Positions 57,807 to 64,000 of a stretch of 64,000 bases of DNA are shown one piece after another (the first letter of the stretch is position 1; each line of letters begins with the position of its first letter). The position numbers were made by a program, and so were the translations under genes. Origin of the DNA: a virus; IMG/VR virus record IMGVR_UViG_3300020469_000038, positions 6,169 through 70,168 of that record; one strand, 5' to 3'. The notes under the pieces are model-generated. The model searched no databases, was not told where the DNA came from, and saw only the letters and a program-made list of their open reading frames with translations.

Positions 57807-58079
57807 TTAGTTTCTCCTTAAGTGTGGACAGGCTAACATAAAGTATGTTAGTTCTTTTTGGTCTTCAAACCCAATGTAAGTAGATGTTTGCAATTTTTCT
57901 GAACTGTCCAAATTCGGATAGTTTGCAACACAATATCTTCCATTAAGTTTGTCTCTCACCCATTCTTGTATAGTTTGTACTTCTCTACGAGAGTTAGTTA
58001 GTTTATGCTTTGCAAAGTGCGGTGGCAAAACGTCAACTTTACGCTCTTGCAGTACTTCTAATGGGTTTAAGTCTATCAT
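57807..58079 (-). CDS. Hypothetical protein
   Basis: 90 aa; TAAATA box 5 nt before the ATG. Confidence 0.75.
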   Translation of the reverse strand: MIDLNPLEVLQERKVDVLPPHFAKHKLTNSRREVQTIQEWVRDKLNGRYCVANYPNLDSSEKLQTSTYIGFEDQKELTYFMLACPHLRRN

Positions 58080-58112
58080 AATATTATTTATTAACTGCTA
58101 CTATTATATAAT

Positions 58113-58508
58113 TTAATTCTGATTCATTCTTTTGGATAATGCTTTGTTGTAACCAAACTTCTTTACGTCTCCGCTAAACAAATATAACTCAAAAGCACTG
58201 CGTTCTTTCAAAACAGTTATTGCTTTCTTAGTTATATAATACGGTGATTCTATGAAATTGTCAAGCCATAAAAGTACTTGTGGTGTCACACTAAAGCCTT
58301 TTGGGAAATCTATTTTGTAAGTTTTGATTTTTGCTTCGACTTGTATAAAGTTCAACCCTTCTTCGGTAAGTCTTAAGCCGCCGCTATCCTTAGTTCGTAC
58401 ATTCCACCACCACTGTAGTTTTTTTTGTTTTAATAATTCGGGTGTAATGTCTTGTGTAGTTTCAGCGGCTTTTAGAAATACTGAGGTATAGTTGTGCTTT
58501 TCGTCCAC
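58113..58508 (-). CDS. Hypothetical protein
   Basis: Probable GTG start at 58508 just after the upstream stop; WWWN...GGLRLTEEG motif. Confidence 0.7.
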   Translation of the reverse strand: MDEKHNYTSVFLKAAETTQDITPELLKQKKLQWWWNVRTKDSGGLRLTEEGLNFIQVEAKIKTYKIDFPKGFSVTPQVLLWLDNFIESPYYITKKAITVLKERSAFELYLFSGDVKKFGYNKALSKRMNQN

Positions 58509-58509
58509 A

Positions 58510-58791
58510 CTATTCTTTTTCTCCGTCTGTAAGTTTGTATACTGTAAAGTCATTTGTATCGAAAAGTTTGTTAAGTTTTTTTGCTAAGTTTCTAGCGTGT
58601 CCGGGATTGCTAAATGATACTTTTTTATATTTAGGTCCGGGGTAACTTGATATCATACTACCGCTTTTTAAATTGAAAGGCTTACCCTGATAAAACACTG
58701 CCCAAATGGCCTCGCTTTCAAGTATCTGTTCTAATTTAAAAGATTCTTTATTAGTATGTTCAAGAATCACATTTGGTTTAGGTCTGCTCAT
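58510..58791 (-). CDS. Hypothetical protein
   Basis: MSRPKP...YPGPKYKKVSFSNPGHA; RBS lies inside a hairpin. Confidence 0.8.
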   Translation of the reverse strand: MSRPKPNVILEHTNKESFKLEQILESEAIWAVFYQGKPFNLKSGSMISSYPGPKYKKVSFSNPGHARNLAKKLNKLFDTNDFTVYKLTDGEKE

Positions 58792-58827
58792 ATACGTAAT
58801 TTCCTTAATTAACTACGTATATATTTA
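58790..58827 (-). promoter_or_regulatory. Late promoter overlapping an RBS-sequestering hairpin
   Basis: TAAATA at 58827-58822; 9-bp stem 58814-58822/58790-58798 encloses AAGGA and pairs the AT of the ATG. Confidence 0.65.
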
Positions 58828-58834
58828 TCCAAAT

Positions 58835-59083
58835 TTAGAAGTCTCCACCATCAAATTTCACTTCAAGTTCTTCATTCTCCGCCTTCATTTTACGCAACAT
58901 AGTATGCACTTCTTGTACTGTAGTGCCTAATCTACTTGTAAGCAATGCTAAATCAGTTGTCAGTTCACGAGCTTCTTGTATAGTAATTCGTATCTCTTTC
59001 TGATTAGTTTTTTCTGCACTTGATATACGCTGTAGCAATCTTTGTATGCTAGGCATAGTTGTTGGAAGATTACTTGTTGACAC
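58835..59083 (-). CDS. Hypothetical protein
   Basis: 82-aa helical ORF ending DGGDF. Confidence 0.75.
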   Translation of the reverse strand: MSTSNLPTTMPSIQRLLQRISSAEKTNQKEIRITIQEARELTTDLALLTSRLGTTVQEVHTMLRKMKAENEELEVKFDGGDF

Positions 59084-59546
59084 GACTCAATACCTGCTTC
59101 ATTTCAATATCAGTTTTAAACGGACCTTTGTAGTTGTATCGCTGTAATGTAATTAGTTTAGGACAAAAACTCTTGACCCAACCTTTATCAAATTTAATTA
59201 CATAGTAACCTGCACAATATAAACTTTTACTATCTTTGCTTTTTGTAAACAACGGAAGTTTATTTTTTATATCGTACATTGCATTGTGTGGCATACTACT
59301 TGTACTAAAGCCGTGTACTTCTGATGGTAAACTGTCTTTGCTATCTCTAACTACTTTAGCAACAAAGAAGTCTTTGCCGAACTGTTCTTGTACTGCTTTT
59401 TTATCTTTGAAGCGTGTAACTGTACTTTCATTACTAAGGACAAAAAAGTTTTCCTCGTTCTTACGTAATGTTGCAACACGTTCACCGTTTTGTTCTACAA
59501 TCCAAAATTTGTTTGCAATGATAGGCTTTGCTTGAATTACTGTCAT
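59070..59546 (-). CDS. Hypothetical protein
   Basis: 158 aa; LPLFTKSKDSKSLYCAGYY...SFCPKLITLQRY. Confidence 0.8.
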   Translation of the reverse strand: MTVIQAKPIIANKFWIVEQNGERVATLRKNEENFFVLSNESTVTRFKDKKAVQEQFGKDFFVAKVVRDSKDSLPSEVHGFSTSSMPHNAMYDIKNKLPLFTKSKDSKSLYCAGYYVIKFDKGWVKSFCPKLITLQRYNYKGPFKTDIEMKQVLSRVNK

Positions 59547-60538
59547 ATTTTATACCTCGCATTTAATGGTTCTGCATATGCTTGTGCTTGATCTGATATC
59601 TTCTTCAAATCATACAAGTGACAGAACTTCATTAGTCTTACACCAACCTGGCTAATGTTTTTATCTGAATCAATTGCTGTTTGAATAGTACTGTTAATCT
59701 TGTCTCTAATATCTGCAGGTTGTGCAGTAAGATCAATAATAGTTTTGTTACGTTCGTAATCTTCTAGTACACGATGTTCTTCACCGTTATGATCAACCCA
59801 ACGTTGTAACATTAGGTTATTCCAATTAAATCCTTTAGTTGTTCTATCTGCAAATGCTTCAACAAGACCTACTTTGTTCTTAGAGCCTTTTTTACGTACA
59901 CCTGGATATGCACTAAACACATTATCACTAGTGTCGCCACGCATACATTTCTCAAACAACATCCATTCAGCATCTACTGTCTTAGGCAGTTTAGTCTTCT
60001 TGTCAATAACTAGTTCGCCTTTCTTGTCAAAGAAGCCTTCTGGCGTAGTAGTAACTTCTTGTACACCATTGTACAGTTTACAATTAGGAGCAATCAACTG
60101 TTGAAAGTCTGTGTCTGTACTAATAATAACGTGATCACTTTCTGGATGCGATTGTACCCAACCAGCAATAAGATCATCTGCTTCTAATTCTTTGTGTTGT
60201 AATACAGTACAATTAGTCTTATCACTTACAAAGTCTTTGAATGTATCAAACGCTTCCCAGAACACTTTATCTTCTTCTTGTTGTTGTTCTGTAAGTGCAT
60301 CACGTGCAACTTTTCTGTTACGCTTGTAAGGCTCATATACATCTTTACGCCAACTACGTCCTTCAAGACAAAAGATAACGTGAGTACCATCAAAGTCCTG
60401 CCACGCTTTCTTAATACTGTTTAGTGTAATATGAAAAGCCATTCCTAACTTAATGTCAGCATCACCATTAATAACGTGCCTTGCACGAAAGAAAGTGTTT
60501 GCTGTATCGACTATGATGTGTGTACCCATTTTATTCAT
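59543..60538 (-). CDS. rnh: T4 RNase H-like 5'-3' exonuclease (FEN/PIN fold)
   Basis: IVDTAN, SWRK...YKRNR, LEADDLIA, STDTDFQQL, GDTSDNV. Confidence 0.9.
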   Translation of the reverse strand: MNKMGTHIIVDTANTFFRARHVINGDADIKLGMAFHITLNSIKKAWQDFDGTHVIFCLEGRSWRKDVYEPYKRNRKVARDALTEQQQEEDKVFWEAFDTFKDFVSDKTNCTVLQHKELEADDLIAGWVQSHPESDHVIISTDTDFQQLIAPNCKLYNGVQEVTTTPEGFFDKKGELVIDKKTKLPKTVDAEWMLFEKCMRGDTSDNVFSAYPGVRKKGSKNKVGLVEAFADRTTKGFNWNNLMLQRWVDHNGEEHRVLEDYERNKTIIDLTAQPADIRDKINSTIQTAIDSDKNISQVGVRLMKFCHLYDLKKISDQAQAYAEPLNARYKI

Positions 60539-60875
60539 TCTCTTTCTTAACGGAACCGATATCTAAAGACCCGGTATCCAACGGTCCTCCGTAGTCACCA
60601 TCGACTACTACATTCGCACAAAGTTCTCTAAACCAACGATCAACTACTTCTTCATCTGGATCGCCTTCAACTCCGTATCCTTGTTGTTTTAATTGTACTA
60701 TGAAATGCTTGTTCCAGTCAAGCTCAAAGAAGCCATTTCGGACATTTTCTTTGTTCACGTGTGTGTTTAATACACCAACCCACGGCTCTTTCTTTCTAGT
60801 AGCAATTTCTTTTTCACTTAGTCCAGGCTTCTTTTCTTGTGTGCCTTTACCAAATAAGTTTTTTATAAAGTCCAT
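60531..60875 (-). CDS. Hypothetical protein
   Basis: 114 aa; EPWV...NGFFELDWN...VVDRWF. Confidence 0.8.
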   Translation of the reverse strand: MDFIKNLFGKGTQEKKPGLSEKEIATRKKEPWVGVLNTHVNKENVRNGFFELDWNKHFIVQLKQQGYGVEGDPDEEVVDRWFRELCANVVVDGDYGGPLDTGSLDIGSVKKENE

Positions 60876-60883
60876 AACTTTTC

Positions 60884-61795
60884 CTATGTTCCGATAGCAT
60901 TACCAAACAAGTATACGTGTACCCTTGCGGCTACATTATATCCACGTTCGAATGCCATCTTAGCAACTGCTCCGGCTGTTGCTGTTTGTTCTTCTTCTCT
61001 AGCACCTACAGGCATAACCCATACATTATAATTCACACCTTGTGCCTTAAATTGTGAGATAGCATCTTCCATCTCATCCCACTGTTGTTGTTCGGAACCT
61101 ACAACAAATTTTAATTGTCCTATAGACAACTTACTATACTGTGCAACTATCTCAGGCTTAATTGCCTTCTTTGCAGTTTCACCTGCTACACTCCACAGTT
61201 TAGGACTTACACTAAAGAACAGTTCGATTTCGTTATCTGCTTCATAAGTCCAGTAATTAATAAATTCTTGTGTTAATGCTTGTGTACCATTAGTTTCAAA
61301 TGTAACACTAGCAGGCATATTGCCCATACGCTTGAACTCACGCATAATACCAATGAACGCTTCTTGTCCATGCTTCATCAACGGCTCGCCACCTGTAACA
61401 CAAAAGTGTTGTCTTTGTTGTGTAACAGGATGTAGAAACAATCCTTCTGGATTGCTATCTGTTTTAAGTGTATCAATAATTTGCTGTGCTAGTTCAACAG
61501 CAGTCTTTTGACCCATCAAGTGTTTAAACTTCTTGCTCCAAGTGTAACTGCTATCACAGCCTTTGTCCCATACAGGTAAATCTTCTACACGTTTTACACT
61601 TGTAGTATCAAATGTTTCAAACGGCAAATCATATGTATCAGGATTAGTAGGATCAATCTGACCAAATCCGTTACACTGCAAATTACATAAGAAGAAACGT
61701 ATCCAAGCAGTAGGCACACCTGTGTAGTGTCCTTCACCTTGAATACTGTGAAAGATTTCGCTGTAGTAATATTTCTTATCAGTTGCTATTGTCAT
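60884..61795 (-). CDS. queE: 7-carboxy-7-deazaguanine synthase (radical SAM)
   Basis: EIFHSIQGEG..TGVP..WIRF..CNLQC...CDS, TGGEP, ETNGT, VSPKL, LKFVV, RVHVYLFGN. Start probably ATG 61795. Confidence 0.85.
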   Translation of the reverse strand: MTIATDKKYYYSEIFHSIQGEGHYTGVPTAWIRFFLCNLQCNGFGQIDPTNPDTYDLPFETFDTTSVKRVEDLPVWDKGCDSSYTWSKKFKHLMGQKTAVELAQQIIDTLKTDSNPEGLFLHPVTQQRQHFCVTGGEPLMKHGQEAFIGIMREFKRMGNMPASVTFETNGTQALTQEFINYWTYEADNEIELFFSVSPKLWSVAGETAKKAIKPEIVAQYSKLSIGQLKFVVGSEQQQWDEMEDAISQFKAQGVNYNVWVMPVGAREEEQTATAGAVAKMAFERGYNVAARVHVYLFGNAIGT

Positions 61796-61988
61796 TATAG
61801 TTATTATACGCTTTCTTATTGGATTTGTCAACCTTTTTAATAACTGAAACCGATCCATCGAAGTTGTCTGACCAAACTAAATCGTCTCCAATATCCCATC
61901 CCATCTGGTTTAATAACTCAGTGGGAATAGGAAGAACCAAATCTTTTGAATCCGGATCTTCCTTTAATTTGATTTTTTTACTAGTCAC
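61779..61988 (-). CDS. AbrB/MazE-like small DNA-binding protein
   Basis: DLVLPIPTELLNQMGWDIGDDLVW swapped-hairpin motif; probable GTG start at 61988. Confidence 0.65.
   Translation of the reverse strand: MTSKKIKLKEDPDSKDLVLPIPTELLNQMGWDIGDDLVWSDNFDGSVSVIKKVDKSNKKAYNNYNDNSN
61803..61831 (-). promoter_or_regulatory. Perfect-consensus sigma70 promoter for queE
   Basis: TTGACA (61831-61826), 17 bp, TATAAT (61808-61803); ATG follows after 7 nt. Confidence 0.85.
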
Positions 61989-62190
61989 CAAAATGCTTGT
62001 CCAGCATTTCGACTCTATCATGTGCAGTTGCCATTTTATCTAACTCTTTTTGGATAGTTTCGATAATATCGCTATGCTCACCAATTCCTACAACCTGTTG
62101 CATGTATACTTCAATATTGGCTTTATGTAGATCAATTTCTGCCTCAGCATGCTTTCTTGCTGCATTGATTAATGTTTGTTTCAATGTCAT
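61981..62190 (-). CDS. Small conserved phage hypothetical protein
   Basis: HKANIEVY...VGIGEHSDIIE. Confidence 0.75.
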   Translation of the reverse strand: MTLKQTLINAARKHAEAEIDLHKANIEVYMQQVVGIGEHSDIIETIQKELDKMATAHDRVEMLDKHFGD

Positions 62191-62570
62191 AACCTTTCCT
62201 TATAGTTTTGTTTTGATGGAATTACGCCGCGAACGCCGCCTTTAGGATTCTCCGTATCGCCATCACGACGGAAAATTAAGTGAACATGTGGATAAAAACA
62301 AGTTTGCCCTGCACTCTTGCCCATATTGATACCCACATTGTAACCTGTAATATCATTATTCTCTGACTTAATGTTGTCATTGCCCATTGAATTAGCAAAC
62401 TTAAAACATTTTAAAATTGCTTCTTCTGTATTTTGTTTAGGTACAACTAGTGTATGTCCTTCAGTAACAGGATAGATATCATTGTAAACAACAAAATCAC
62501 GTGTGTCCATTTCAACTTCTGTCCAAGGAGCTCTACCATCTTGTTGTGCTATTTCTAAAGTGTCTGTCAT
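62187..62570 (-). CDS. HIT family nucleotide hydrolase
   Basis: DIYPVTEGHTLVVPK, GYNVGIN.G..AGQT..YPHVHLI. Confidence 0.9.
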   Translation of the reverse strand: MTDTLEIAQQDGRAPWTEVEMDTRDFVVYNDIYPVTEGHTLVVPKQNTEEAILKCFKFANSMGNDNIKSENNDITGYNVGINMGKSAGQTCFYPHVHLIFRRDGDTENPKGGVRGVIPSKQNYKERL

Positions 62571-62887
62571 TCTTCTAGTCCTGAAACATATTCTTCAAAT
62601 TCTTCTTGTCCGTACCATGTTTTAAAATCTTCTTGAAAGTCTTCGTCTTCTTGAGCATAGTGCCAAATCACATCTTGTTGATCTTGCGGAAGTCCATTAA
62701 ACTCAGAACGGAAATACCCTGCTTGTTCATAAGAAGCGTCTTCTCTTGCTTCTTCAGCACGACCCCAATCTTCTTCATCATCGCTATCGCCAATCTCATC
62801 TGCTTCTGACCAACTATCATATGCCATTGAATGTGCTTCTTCATTTATGTCACTGATAATAGCATGTGCTTCTTCTTTAGTTAACAT
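62567..62887 (-). CDS. Highly acidic hypothetical protein
   Basis: AAGGAG RBS before ATG 62887; Asp/Glu-rich. Confidence 0.7.
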   Translation of the reverse strand: MLTKEEAHAIISDINEEAHSMAYDSWSEADEIGDSDDEEDWGRAEEAREDASYEQAGYFRSEFNGLPQDQQDVIWHYAQEDEDFQEDFKTWYGQEEFEEYVSGLEE

Positions 62888-63035
62888 TATTAATGTACTC
62901 CTTAATATACCATTCTTTAAATTGTGGATTATCGTTAAAAATAGCAACTACTTCAGGAGCAGAAATTTGTTCAGATCTAATACATACTGCTACACTTTTC
63001 CAATCTTTTTTATCGTAAATTACTTTTATCGTCAT
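62877..63035 (-). CDS. Small hypothetical protein (52 aa), not in ORF track
   Basis: MTIKVIYDKKDWKSVAVCIRSEQ...FKEWYIKEYINNVN*; TAATG overlap with the upstream stop; GAGG RBS. Confidence 0.65.
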   Translation of the reverse strand: MTIKVIYDKKDWKSVAVCIRSEQISAPEVVAIFNDNPQFKEWYIKEYINNVN

Positions 63036-63265
63036 TAAAATCCTCTACCTTTGTTAATTTGAAATATTCTAGGACCAGGTGTTGTAAATTCAAACCCCAT
63101 CTTATTACCAACATAAACCCTACCGTTATATTCCATATGTATTTTATTTGTTGCTAGAAAGATATCTAGAAACTCTTTTTCTTTGAATCTATCAACTTCT
63201 GCCTCTGCTACTTTGTCATTATCTGTGCAAGTAACTGTGCATACATTATCATGTCCTGTTGGCAT
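63035..63265 (-). CDS. Hypothetical protein
   Basis: AGGAG RBS before ATG 63265; VTCTDN...YVGNKMGFEFTTPGP. Confidence 0.7.
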   Translation of the reverse strand: MPTGHDNVCTVTCTDNDKVAEAEVDRFKEKEFLDIFLATNKIHMEYNGRVYVGNKMGFEFTTPGPRIFQINKGRGF

Positions 63266-63828
63266 TAATACTCTCCTACATTTTCCCAAGGATAAACTAA
63301 CCAAACATCTTCCTCAGATTTATTAACTTCATCACAATAGTAATTAACTAAACCAAATTCGCTTGATAAATTTTCTGTTAATACTGCAAAGCGAACATTA
63401 TCTCCCCATGCCTGATCCCATATAGGCGATTGAGGTAAACAACTTGCTTGCCAGTCTTGCCTAATCCAATTAAAAGTAGCACCAGTATCATTAATATCAT
63501 CTACAATAAGAATGTTTTTGCAGTTAGTATCGTGTTTAAACTGCCCCATCTCAGGAGCATAGTCTCCACTATCATCGTAACCATAAGCATCTTCAGCCAT
63601 CCATAGCATACTATCGCCAGTCTTTCCTGACTCTCCATCACGCAAACTTACTTTAAATGATTCACAACGTATGCCTGTCATGTTACTAATAATAGTAGCA
63701 GGCACATTACCACCACGTGTAATACCTACAATGTAATCAGGACGCCAATTGTCCTTATACATTTTGTTTACAATACTAACACACATACGTTCAATGTCAG
63801 CCCAACTATAATATTTCTTTTTAATCAT
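63265..63828 (-). CDS. Type I phosphoribosyltransferase (xanthine/hypoxanthine-guanine PRT-like)
   Basis: IVGITRGG, PRPP loop ILIVDDINDTGAT, WLVYPWE. Start probably ATG 63828. Confidence 0.9.
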   Translation of the reverse strand: MIKKKYYSWADIERMCVSIVNKMYKDNWRPDYIVGITRGGNVPATIISNMTGIRCESFKVSLRDGESGKTGDSMLWMAEDAYGYDDSGDYAPEMGQFKHDTNCKNILIVDDINDTGATFNWIRQDWQASCLPQSPIWDQAWGDNVRFAVLTENLSSEFGLVNYYCDEVNKSEEDVWLVYPWENVGEY

Positions 63829-64000
63829 TGCGTCCTTCCAAGTATTCTTCATTATGTATCCAACGGTATCCTAATGTTTTTACAAAAGGCATAAAGCCCC
63901 ATTCCTTTTGTTTCTTGCCCATAAAGAACAAACTCCAACAAGGAATCTCTTTACCGTCTTTATCTTTCTTAAGTTTTAGGTAATGCAGATCATCTGATGA
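63821..64000 (-). CDS. C-terminal fragment of a cupin-like hypothetical protein
   Basis: Open frame from the window edge: ...DLHYLKL...PCWSLFFMGKKQKEWGF...WIHNEEYL...*. Confidence 0.6.
   Translation of the reverse strand, partial: SSDDLHYLKLKKDKDGKEIPCWSLFFMGKKQKEWGFMPFVKTLGYRWIHNEEYLEGRND

Noticed and set aside
61779-62190. Toxin-antitoxin pair around the AbrB-like gene
   Set aside because: No recognisable toxin is adjacent; the neighbours are queE and a small helical phage protein.

Overview
This 64-kb AT-rich window is a segment of a large T4-like (myovirus) phage genome read in the standard code, with four blocks. (1) 1-8.7 kb, minus strand: late sigma factor gp55, gp47/gp46 (Mre11/Rad50), a 2OG-Fe(II) oxygenase, a small basic protein and a stand-alone GIY-YIG nuclease. 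These are followed by a ~450-nt densely structured non-coding element and two candidate protease-processed internal head proteins; the larger one runs off the left edge and is missing from the ORF track. (2) 8.8-43.8 kb, plus strand: a contractile-tail baseplate and fibre module (gp53-, hub-, gp5-, gp25- and gp6-like genes, a 4678-aa giant structural protein, four paralogous fibre proteins and a chaperone), with TAAATA late-promoter boxes. (3) 43.9-56.6 kb, plus strand: a glycan-building island with four GT-A-like and two GT10-like glycosyltransferases, two radical SAM enzymes, two SGNH proteins and a nucleotide-sugar dehydrogenase. (4) 56.6-64 kb, minus strand: small hypothetical genes, RNase H/5' exonuclease, QueE, an AbrB-like protein, a HIT hydrolase and a phosphoribosyltransferase. 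The best novelty candidates are the structured RNA paired with the minimal GIY-YIG nuclease and the virion-linked radical SAM/glycosylation island. All assignments come from motif reading by eye; no database searches were run.
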